The notes beneath the pieces are model-generated. The model was not told where the DNA came from and ran no database searches. It saw nothing but the letters and a program-made list of their open reading frames with translations. Shown here piece after piece: positions 39,061 to 50,400 of a DNA stretch of 64,000 nucleotides (position 1 is the first letter of the stretch; every line of letters starts with the position of its first letter). The stretch covers positions 236,532,001-236,596,000 of the forward strand of contig NC_058368.1 of assembly GCF_018350175.1 (NCBI RefSeq), read 5' to 3'. The DNA comes from Felis catus (Eukaryota). The position numbers and the translations under genes are program-made.

Positions 39061-41074
39061 CACCATCCAGTTTCTTCTTCCAACCATGAAGCCCTGACGC
39101 TCTAAGAATTGGGATGCAAGTCCTCACTCTGACCGAAGAGTCGTATGACAACAGTTCCTGTATGTATGTGGACATCGGGCCCCGCTCTGCCATGCACCCC
39201 GTCCACAGCTGGCCCCGCAAGTCGGGGAGTCTTTACTGTTTCTTCCCCTCTGGGCTTCCAGGCTGCTTTCATCCCCCTTCTTTTCCTAGTTAGAGCTGGT
39301 AGATCCAGCCAGCAGCTGAGAAGCTTTCCCCATGGCCCCTGCCCATCCCTTCAGAGCCCTCCAGGGGAGCTGGCCAGTGTGACCCAGGTTGTCCTGGTGA
39401 TCCCTAATCCTCCCACATGGCATGGAATCCTTGACCTTTCCAAGCCCTCTGGTAGGGCCGTCCAGCTCAACTCCACCATTTTGTAGGTGGAGACAGCGGG
39501 CGTAGGAAAAGTAAAGACATTGCATGATTTCCATAGCTAATGAGTCGCCCTGGCACGAGAACCCACCGCCAGGTTCACAGCCACACCTTTTGTTCATCAT
39601 GTCAGGGATTGTTTTGGAGGGAAAATTGGAATAGTTGTCTCTCTGTGTACTTCTCAAAACCATATGGGGGGGGGTCTCTGTCCCTTGACATTGGTGCAGG
39701 GTAATAGACATAACTGTGATACACAATATACACATGCATACACACACACTGCACACATTGTACACACAGACACACACGCACACATATGCAAACACCTTGC
39801 ACACACGTTTGTACACAGAGAGGCCTTAGCCTAGGCAAGATCATTTCCTGCTACTTTTCAGCTAAAATTGTCTATTTGGGCCTCTGTGCATATCCCTGTG
39901 GCTATACTGTCTTTGGAAATCTCAAGATAAAACTTCTTTAAGAAAAAAAAGTTTTCAGAAAAACAAATGTGTCTCAAGAAAGAAAATTAATTCCCCTTCT
40001 CAGGAAGCTGGGGGAAGCATACGAGAGTTTCGTCCTTAAAAGTCTGTAAGTTGGAACAATCACGTGACTCTCTCGTTCTCAGTTTGCACTTTGTATGCCC
40101 GGTGCTTATACGAAGGAAAGACAGATATGAATGCCGAAGCTCCTGTTTTATTGCTTTTTAAAATAAAAAAAGGCTCGCACCGACAAACATTAATATGAGT
40201 CACAAGGCATCCAGCATGAAAATAAAGGAGCGTTTTCCACAATCCACGTCTTGATATTATATGGGGAGAGAATGTTTTCCACTAGCCGAAAAACCTCTAT
40301 TATCATATTCTCCCAAGAGCAGCTCTAATGGTCTGAATCCAGAATTTATTTTCAAGTGAGAGGGACAAATTGGCTTAATACACAGCCATTTGTTGCCAGA
40401 CGAGTTGACGAAATATTTAGGCATGCAAGGATCATGCATTCATTGAGGAAAAGAATAATCTATTCTGAAATTGCTGAATTGTACCTGGTAGCGAGCTGGG
40501 AAGGTCTAGAGGCTGCAGGAGGTCTTTCCACGCACAGTAGTGAGGTGGAGGGGTGTCCCGGGATGCCTTCCTCCACGCGCCCCAACCTCGCCCTCTCCCC
40601 CTCCCGTGTCGGGACACAGGGCCCCCATGCCCACGTTCCACCTCCACCCTCATCTAGAAGCCAGTCTTTATTAAACTTCATAGATTTCTCATTTTTGCTA
40701 AGATGCCACAATCTTACCCCAGGGATATCTGCATTCTGAGAACTGTCAGGATTTGAAGCAAAGACACGATGTTCAAGTGACAGGCCAAAACCGAGCGGTG
40801 GAGGAGGGGACATTCTGATCTGTGGGCATCCTGGCATCTGCAGGCACGGGGCTTCCTCTCTTGGCCCTGGCAGGTGGGTGTATCTGCCAAAAATGATGCT
40901 TTTTTTTTTTTATAGCTTTGGCCATCACACTCGACTGGATTCCTCAAATCAGAATTTCTGCACATATTTTTTTGCTATTAAGTTTCCTGATTTTCATTTT
41001 CTCTCTTCTTTGCTCAAATGGCATTGAATTCTAAATTACGTGAAAGGTAGAGCACAGCGGACTACTTGCTCCAA

Positions 41075-41200
41075 ACGCCTCACTTTACAGATGAGGACAC
41101 AGAAGTTGCAAGGTTGCGGGACTTGTCCGAGTTCACAGGATGCTGGTCCATGCAGAGCAGTATGGCGTCTGGGCTCTCCTGTGTAGTGCAGTCCCCTCTC
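41075..41200 (-). mobile_element. MIR fragment
   Basis: cactttacagatgaggacacaga..ggacttgtccgagttcacag. Confidence 0.65.
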
Positions 41201-41506
41201 GCTGGCACTGGCTCCAGAGATCCCCAGCACTCTGCCGTCCAGGCAGTGCTGAGAATGATCTGAGCCCTGCAGACTTTATCAGTGCCTTTGTTCTGCAAAA
41301 ACAGGGACATAATATTATTGGATTGTTCTGAAAAGGTCAAATGAGGAGCTTGGATAGTTTGAGCAGAATCTATGAAAAACATGAAAATACATTTATGTTT
41401 AATAAAGAAGGAGGCTGGTGGTAGGAGGGATGCTACATGTTTCTTTTCAAAGTTCCTTTATTAAATCCCTTTGGAGAGTCCCTTTGTCAAGAGTCCACAT
41501 GTCCTC

Positions 41507-41781
41507 GGGGCGCCTGGGTGGCTCAGTCGGTTAAGCGTCCGACTTCGGCTCAGGTCATGATCTCGCGGTTTGTGAGTTTGAGCCCCACGTCGGGCTCTGT
41601 GCTGACAGCTCAGAGCCTGGAGCCTGCTTCGGATTCTGTGTTTCCCTCTCTCTCTGCCCTTCCCCTGCTCATGCTCTGTCTCTCTCTGTGTCTAAAAAAT
41701 AAATAAATGTTTAAAACAATTAAAAAAAAAACATTCAGCATTCATCTAACATGCAGTGATTCTTAAAAAAAAAAAAAAAAA
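41507..41781 (+). mobile_element. Can-SINE with extra 33-bp 3' segment and second poly(A) tail
   Basis: TSD aagagtccacatgtcct (41489-41505) / aagagcccacatgtcct (41782-41798) brackets SINE, unique 41732-41764 and the A run. Confidence 0.9.
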
Positions 41782-42097
41782 AAGAGCCCACATGTCCTGA
41801 TAGCTTTACAGCCAGGCTCTTACACGGGAAAAAAACCACAGCTCAGGTGGAAAGAATGTGGGCACAGAGACCCGGCTCCGACGCAGGGCCCTTCTACTTT
41901 GCCCTATGAAGACATGTGAACGTTTAGGCAAGAGCACAGGTTTCCTGAGCAGATATACGTGAAACTATTGAGAGTTTGTATAATTCATATCCTCACTTCC
42001 TTCAAGGAGGTGATGCCATCTGAGGAAAAGAGAGAGACACATATGCACATACATGTGCAAAGTAATTTCTGTAAGTGGAAATTTAAAAAAAATACTT

Positions 42098-42136
42098 TAT
42101 TTTTAAATTTTTATTTATGTGGTTTTTAATTTTTAT

Positions 42137-42177
<41 letters not shown>

Positions 42178-42340
42178 CCAGCAGGGAATGGGCAAAGGGA
42201 GAGACAGAGAGAGAATCTTAAGCAGACTCTACACTCAGCGTGGAGCCCGACAAGGGGCTTGACCACACAACCCTGGGATCGTGACCTGAGCCCAAAGCAA
42301 GAGTCGGAGGCTCCACCAACCGAGCCACCCAGACGCCCCC
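42098..42340 (-). mobile_element. Older Can-SINE
   Basis: Reverse consensus with (GA)n; TSD aaaaaaatacttta/aaaaaaatacctta. Confidence 0.88.
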
Positions 42341-42775
42341 CCCCAAAAAAAAATACCTTAAAATACAAAAAGAGAGAAAAAATATTATCAAAAGCATCGG
42401 TTGTAATTTACGGTGCATCTAATTTTACTTATCCTGGCCAAAATGGCAAAGAAGCTAATAGGTCATACTCTAATTTCCCGCTGTCTGGTTGAAGGGGACA
42501 TGGCTGTTCATCTAGAGAGTTTTTGTTTGGTTTTGTTTGGTTTTACTTTACTTCTGAAAGAAAACCCTCCCTGCTTCCTTAGATTAGGGCCCTAAGCCAC
42601 ACACTGGCCCACGTCTCCACCCACTGACTTTTCAGAAGCTCAGGGGTACCTTCCCCGATGGCTCCCGCCTCCCCCTCGCGCATGCGCAGGGAGTCTCTGT
42701 GCGGGGGTGGTCCCGCTGGCGGCTCACCTCTCTGGCCCCGCCCAGGCGTGACCTCTCATGTCCTGCTTTGCCCCC

Positions 42776-43190
42776 TGTGATGGCTAATACTAGGTGTGAA
42801 CTTGACTGGGACACGGGGCGCCCAGACATCTGGCCAACACCATCCTGGGTCTGTCTGTGAGGGCACTTCTGGAGGAGACTAGCATTTGAGTTGGTAGATT
42901 GAGTCAAACAGATTGACGGACCCCGAGTCAGTGGCCTCCTCCCTTAAACTGGGGGACCCAACAGAGCACAAAGGTCAAGCTCCCTCCAGGGGGACTCCAC
43001 CTACCTGATGGGGAACTTGGTGACTCTCTCCCTGCCAGGGGCTTGTGACTTGTCTGGCTTGTGACTCTCTCCCTGAGGGTCTTGAGACTTACCGGCTCCA
43101 TAATCACATAAGCCAGGTCGCCATCATAAATCACGCTCTGTATGTATAAATACCTCCTTTGGGTTCTGTTTGTCTGGAGAACTTGAATAC
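42776..43190 (+). mobile_element. ERVL solo LTR (MLT2-type)
   Basis: tgtgatggctaatac..aacttgactgg..gcccagacatctggccaacacc..; cataatcacataagcca..ggttctgtttgtctggagaac. Confidence 0.85.
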
Positions 43191-45747
43191 CTCCCCCATC
43201 CAGGTCTCCTGGAGGGGACAATGCGGAGGCTGAGGTCGCTACCTCCCCCCATCTGTTTCCTTCCAGAGACCTGTTCAGGAGCGGAGGCCTGTCTCTGCAG
43301 GTAAAGGAAAAAGGCCAGGGCCGATACTGGGCAGAATTGCAAAATCAGCTGAGCCTCCCTCAGGGGACCTTCCTTCTTTGCTGCCTTGTTGGGACTGTCT
43401 CCCACCTCTTCAAAAAAAGTGTCTTTCACTTTCATTGCAAGATGTGTTGTTTATTCTTTCCATGAACATTGTCAAGTCTTAGTCATAGAGCTATCAACAA
43501 TGCTCTCAGGAGGTCAGGTTGTGCTATAAGGTGCAACACAAGTTCAAATCCTGTCCCTTCAAGCAACCTCTTGCAAGAAGAACTGCTTTATCACACTGCC
43601 CGAAAAAACCCTGGCCAGGCCCCTGGAGGCATGTCTGTCTTGCAAGGACCCGGTACATAAGAGGTGTCTGCGTGCCTCCAGGCAGGGGCAGAAATGAAGG
43701 GAAACTATGAAAACTAGGGCAACTGGATTGTCCCCAGGCAATGGCACCCTTCATGGCTTCTGGCTCCACTACGTGGGGTCAGTATGTCCGAATTGGCCCG
43801 GATGCATCTTTTCAGCCCGCCATGATTCGGTCTTGATTCCACAGGAAAGGGCAATGCGCCGTGAGAAATTTCTGCAGTGCTGGAGCCTGGCCAGGTGCTA
43901 TCCCCACGAAGCAGCCGTGGACACAAGGCGGCAGCCACCGGGCCGCCGTGGTCCTTGATCCACGCTGCGGGATTGTCACCCTGTCCCTTTGAACTGTCTC
44001 CAGCTTGGCATCTAGTCTCAGCTTCAAGCAGGTGTCTTGTGGGGGCCACGAACGCGGCTCTGGCCAGAATCTTTGCTCAGGAGTGCCGGTGGCGCACACG
44101 AACGTTGCCTACAAACTTTCCCCGGGCGAGAGCTCGCTGCGCCACGTGCCCCCAGCCACGCTGGTCTGACTCAGGGACGTGCAGGCACGTGAAAGCCTTT
44201 CTTAAAACTCCCTTTTAATTGACACATTCTGCCCACTGCAGACGTCCTCTCGTTTCGATACGGCATTTTGGTGACGCACAGAGGCACTCCACGGAGGCTT
44301 GGAGAAGTGAGCGCGAGACCAAGGGGGCTTAGATGAGACAGTGGGTGACGATCGCTTCCCTTGACTGGAAGGTCGGGTGGATGGGGGCAGAGATCACCTG
44401 CGAACTGAAAACAAAGGAAGGAGATGCTATCATAGTCATGAGACACGCGTGGCAGTAATTTCTGCGTATATAATACTAATGCATGATTCACAGATTGTTA
44501 AGTTCTAGCTGGAAGACATTTGTAGTTTGGATCACTGATTCTTGTGCCTAGAAATTTGATTAGGGATTAAATGCTAATAACAGAGTGGAGAACTCAGATT
44601 TCTTTTCTTAGACGTTGTTGTCACATAGGAACTGGGTATCATTGCTGAACAAAGGAAGTCCCATGCTCGGGTGCAGGAGCTGGGATCCTCGGCTTTCCTA
44701 TGTTTATTGCATTTAATTTATGCTGCCAACAGTTATCTTAAGGAAAAGAATAGAATATTCATTTCTCGACTCCCTGGCTTAGAAGTGGACAGGGTGTTTA
44801 CCTCAAGGCGTAGCTGGGCGGCTTACAGCCCAAGGCATATCAGGACACACGGTTGAGAGAAGAGAGAAACCAGGGCAGGATGCAGTCTGAGGGCCACAGC
44901 GGGAAGAACATCCCAGGGATCCTGCGCGAGGGGCCCTGACCTCCCTCCGGGCCCCCAGCGGGCACTGGCAGGTGTGTAGGCCCTGGGGCAGGTGAGCCAG
45001 GCAGAGAGGTCACTTTCCTGCGGCTCAATTTACGCTGAAAACAAAACAAACAAGACAACCTGGGGTTCCGAACAAAAGACATGGGATCAAACTTAATCAG
45101 AAGCGTAACTTTCTTTTAAAAAATAAGTGTCTTTTCCTAGTATTGAATTATTCTTTAAAAAGTGAACTTGGGCATCTGAGACCAGTTTACATCCCTCTAC
45201 TAGTAATGAGCCACTTAATTCTGGCAAAACTGAAGCTCCTACAGTCTGAGAGAACAAAGTCTTGCTCATTTGATCTTTTTGTATTTTTACACGCATGTTC
45301 TTGTCTGGCGTCACGCTTTGGTATCTACCTTATTGAGATAGTGCACAATCTTATCTATCCTACGGTCAATGAGATAAAGAATTATTATACTAAGCCGTGC
45401 AAGTATTAAAGTATCAAACATAGTTTTAAAACCTTTCAAATATCTTTGAACCTTCTTTAAAATAAAAGTGTTCTGGTAACGTAAGGAAACAAATTATCCC
45501 TGGGAACAGATTTCACACGACTGATCTCCTAAGTCGGCAGTGATAACCATCCTCCATGGTTGAATGTTGAGATTCCTTCAGGAGTATCATGTAACTGGAT
45601 TACCTCCTCCTATATGCCCCATGGCTTTTCAGTTCCTATCCAGGATTACCCTTCTTCTGGCCATCTGGTTTACAATGATGACTGCACTAGAAATACTCAG
45701 TAAAGGGCTACAATCGTGGAACTAAATATTAGGGGGGAAAATAAGGT

Positions 45748-46095
45748 CCTATAAGACTAAATGTTCATGTATCTTCAGAAAGCAAATACTGAAATCTTAA
45801 TCCTGAAGCGATGGTATTTGGAGAGGGGCTCTGGGTGGTGTTCAGGTCACCAGAGTGGAGCCACATGAATGAGATTAGCACCCTGAGAAAAGAGACTCCA
45901 GAGAGCATCCCTTGCCCTTTCTACCACCTGGGGACAGAAGGAGGCTCGCCAGACCCCAAATTTGCCTGCACTTCGGTCTTGGTCTCGGACTTCCAGCTTC
46001 CTCAACTGAGAAAAATTAATTCCTGTTGTTTTTAAGCTACCCGCCCCCCCTCAAGCTGCGGTGTTCTGCCATAGAGGCCCAAATGGACTTAGACA
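45748..46095 (+). mobile_element. MaLR solo LTR (MLT1A/MST-type)
   Basis: gatggtatttggag, catgaatgagattag, ggacttccagc, gttgtttttaagctaccc, ggacttagaca end. Confidence 0.85.
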
Positions 46096-46132
46096 TATGG
46101 GAATGGTCAAGGCAGATTTGTTGTTGTTGTTT

Positions 46133-46165
<33 letters not shown>

Positions 46166-47369
46166 TTTATTTATTTAATTCATTAATTTTTATTTATTTA
46201 CTTACTTGTTTTTGCTTTTTGTTGGTTGTGATTTTTTTTCCCTCACATCTTGGTGAAGTTCACTTCCTCGGTGGAAGCTACATATTGCGATTTGTTTTCC
46301 GGGGAGAACGAGGCTGCCCTCTTACGCATTCCTGTCTAGTTGCACATGGAGTAAAGTGCAGACAGGTTGGCAGAAATGAGCCGGAGGCCAGGGGTGAGTT
46401 CAGGAGGAGGGAGCCAAGGGCACCAGGCACATGGGTGAGTGGGCCAGGCTCCTCCTGGACCAGGATCCCATATCCCTCCAAGAAAGCAGTGGTTGTGGGT
46501 GTGGTCACGGGGTTTCTCCGTCTGGACTGTGGGCTCTCTGGGGACTGGACCCTCAGACGCCCCTGAAACACACCTCAGCATCAAACAAAGAAGAACGAGG
46601 TGAAAAGCAGAGTGAAGTTCCTGGACCGGCCTGGAATCTGAGGACATTTCGGGTCCATCCTCTTATCTGATAGTCAAGGACACCTCTGGAAAGTGAGGAA
46701 GATGTTTATATGCACATCTTTTGTTGACGTGTCTTGCAAAGAAGATGGAGAAATGCAGGGTTGTGTCCAGACAGAGGGATCTCGGGCTGGAGGGTTTTAG
46801 GGGCAAGGCAGCTCCAGCTGATGCCCCGCCCACTTGAAGGAAATGTGCGTCCTCACTCACTCATGACCACTGAGCAGACACCTGCCGATGGCCGCTCACA
46901 CGGTGCTGTGAGGACAGCACACAGGGGGGCTGCACTCTGCCACTGAGTCCTTCCTGCAGGGACAGGACGTAAGGTTCCACAGAGCAATCCTGGCAACAAG
47001 GCAGATTCTTAGTGCTGGGACCCACCTGACCCCAAGCTTGGAGAAGCCCCCATACGAAGGGCCGGATGGGGAGAGCAGTGTGCTGAACCAGGCAGGCTGG
47101 CTCACAAGGACAGACCCAGAGCAGGTCTCCCAGGAGGCCTCGGAGGAGAATCCAAGAGAGACGCCTGCGGGACTTTCTGGGACTCCGGCACGGCAAGCCC
47201 TCAGAGCAGTACTAAGGGGGCTAGAGAGAAGAAGGACAGTGTTAGGTGGGTGTGCAAGATGGCGGGAGGGCAGAGTGTGTCTTGTCTTGACCTTGGACCT
47301 AAGATCACCAGGTCTTGACCTTGGTTGACTTAAAAAACTAACAAACTTTAAACCCACTCTTCTTTTTCT

Positions 47370-47432
47370 TAAATTTTATTATGTTTATTTATTATTGAGA
47401 GACAGAAATAGACCATGAGTGGGGGAGGGGCA

Positions 47433-47467
<35 letters not shown>

Positions 47468-47594
47468 TCAGAAGGAGGCTCCAGGCTCCGAGCTGTCAGC
47501 ACAGAGCCCTACGCGGGACTCGCACCCATGAACTGCGAGATCATGACCTGAGCCCAAGTCGGATGCTTAACCTACTGAGCCTCCCAGGCACCCC
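47370..47594 (-). mobile_element. Can-SINE with internal (CA)n
   Basis: Reverse consensus; the GA tract is replaced by a (CA)n run. Confidence 0.9.
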
Positions 47595-47849
47595 CTTTTT
47601 TTTAAGACCATGAAGCAAAGTAAATATTCACCTTCTGCCTAAACTGAACAAAGACCCCCCTTAGTTACTGAGGTTGTAAGAACAGACTAGCAGATGTAGG
47701 GCCCCTGACTTTGGACAGCGTGGGCGGCATCACAGGGCGCCCGTGTGGACTTAAGCTGATGCCAGGGCACCTGCGGTAGATCAGGGGGAGAGAATAACAC
47801 CTCAAAGGTAGAAAACACATTTGCGGTGGCTTGATCTCCCTTCCGTGTT

Positions 47850-49795
47850 GTGCAGCGGGCAGGCTTGCCCCTTCGTGGCCCACCGCCTTCCTACCACAGG
47901 GGCGGAAATAAATGCTTCACCGTGGAGGACGCTGTTACGGCAGCCGCATGGGAAAGTGCCAGAGACGGATCATTCCGGGGCTGCCTCGTAGACAGGTCTG
48001 TAAATAAATCATACTTTTTAATTGCTCTGTCGGAAGGGTCTTTCTTTGAGTAAGAGGTGGCTGAGGCTGACTGTGGGGACGCCCCGGGACATCTGTCTGG
48101 TCTGGCCGCGGGCTCCCGCCACTTGTTCTCAATATCCAGAGCGACCCCTCGGATTCCATGTACATAGTGACAATTAAAAGCACACAATGGCGCGACCATG
48201 TTCACCGTGACAGACGCAGGTTGGCTGCTTCCCATAACAGCCTCCCGGGCGAGCGGAACAAAGGGCCCAGGCCCATCTGTACCGGCTCCGCGTGCCTCCT
48301 GTTCCAAAGGCCGCGCTCCTCCTCCGGCACCCCGGGGAAGCCCGGCTCACACAAAACCACCCCCCCACCCCCCCACCCCCTCCCCCCCTCCCCCAGTCCA
48401 GAGGAGCCCTGCCCTGACATTAGCATGGTAATGAATTCTGGATGCCTCTGACACTCACAACAAAGGCATGGGTTCTCAGGATGGGAACTTAGCAGAGCGG
48501 GGACACAGTGTGGTCTTGACTCCATGTGGACCCTCTGGCCCCGCCTGAGGATGCAGACTGTTTCCTTCCGGGACCGGTAAGGAAGGCAGAGCGTGTGTGG
48601 TTCCGTGTAGACGGGGCATCCCTGTGCTCACCTCGCAGCCCTGTGGGCCCGTGTGGACGGCGACGTTACCCCGTTCTCCCGGCGCCTCTGCGAGTTCTCT
48701 GCGTGCAACCACTCGCCTCTCTCTTCTGTCCAAGGAGGGAAGGGAGTGCATCGTGGTGGCTCCAGAGGACAAGGTCCCAAAACGCCGGCATCCTGCAGGG
48801 AAAACAGTTTCCTTCTCGGCGGTTAACTACAGATAGTGTTACCGATGACAATCGCAGGGGCTGACAGCAGGGCCCCCCCCCGGGGAAAGGCCGGAACTTC
48901 TGGCAGGTGCTGAGACCCAGCCCCGAGTGCGGAGCGCCAGGGACCCGCTGGGTAAGTGAGCACACGGAGGACTCGTCCCCGAACCAAGCCGACCTCTTGT
49001 TCTTCTCGTGCAATCTCTTCCGCTGCAGAATCCAAGGAAGGGCTCAGACCGATCGCGGAGACGTCGGTGACAAAGGACACAGACCACCACCACCAGAAAA
49101 TAGGCCTTTGACGCCGAGGGTGGGGGGAGGGGTTGAACCCGGTGTCACGGCAGGTCCCTGAACGCGGTGGCACCGGCCCTCGGCAGTTAACAACTATTAT
49201 ATAAACATGATGGAATGCGCCCCGTGTTCTGACTGATGGAAAAAACCCGGTCACTAGCCACTGGGGGATGCCCGATGCCCTCACGGCTCTCCAGCTGCGA
49301 CCCAAGTGTGTTTCCATAAAAACTCAGCGCTCTTAACAAGGAGTTTGATGGAGTGTTAACAATCTTCAGTTTCAGGTCGAGCTGTTAACCAACAAAGTCG
49401 TCATTAACTGCTGGTAATGACCGCGTTTCTTGGGATTATTGCTTAATTATGAACTTGATAGCCAGAGTCCTGCCTTCTGACGCAGAAAGTATTTTTCCAT
49501 CACGGCCGCTCACTACCACCTTCGTTTGTCTGTGGTGCTTCTCGGCCGGTTGAAGGGGCAGGGGACGCTGGGCATGGGGGGCGGCAGGGCCTGCCTCAGG
49601 GTGCTTGCCAAGGCTTCTGCAGGCCAGCCTTCCCGGCGGACAGTTAGCGAACACAGAGGGCCGCTGGCAATGAATGATTTCTTAGGGATGGCACGTTTAT
49701 CGGGAGCAAAAAGTAGCCTGGCCCGGGAGGGCCATCCTGCATCGCAACCGGCTGACATTAGTTAGGATGCAGGGAATGGCCCCTCCCTCCCCCAA

Positions 49796-49835
<40 letters not shown>

Positions 49836-50400
49836 CTACATCGGGGAATGACTTACAGACACTGGCAGAAGGTCTAAACTCTCACGCTCGCTCGCCGCAC
49901 ATTACTCTGCGGGAACGTGGATCGACTTTCAAGCCGGGTCACCCAACACCGGGAGGCGCGGATCCACGCGGGCGGGTGTAAGCGGGTGACGATTCTCCCC
50001 CAAGACGATCACCTTCGGTTACGCTTCCTGTTGCAAACCAAATCGGAAACGTGCACAGACAAGGCACGGTTTTCCTCAGTCCCGGTACCAGGCTTCGCGA
50101 GGCGCTCAGACCGCCGCAGGCCGCTCCCTTCCAGAGCGGTACTTTCGCGTGGCTTTGAAGTTGAGGAAACCTCCGCTTAATATTGGCAACAGGCAGTGTA
50201 CCTGCATGAAGTAAAAGCTGTTGTCTGCTGCTTGTTCATTCAGCTGGACGCAGTTTGCTTCTCTTGTCAACCTCGTCTCCTAACAAAGCACCCGACAGGC
50301 TCCTTCCCTGGGAGTCACTCCGGAAACCACCGCCGAGCGATGCGCGGCTGCGTAAGTTCTCACGTTTCAAGTTGCAAACATCTTTTGGTTTTGGCCTTTG
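47850..50400. promoter_or_regulatory. CpG-rich, repeat-poor region (CpG-island-like or enhancer candidate)
   Basis: Visibly dense CpG (gccgcg, cgatcgcg, ggcgcggatccacgcgggcggg) with no interspersed repeats; CpG o/e not computed. Confidence 0.4.
49797..49832. repeat. (CA)n microsatellite
   Basis: Direct reading of the sequence. Confidence 0.95.

Noticed and set aside
46903..46920. GTGCTGT-GAGG-ACAGCAC palindrome resembling REST half-sites
   Set aside because: Half-site orientation does not match the canonical RE1, and a 7-bp stem is expected by chance in 64 kb.
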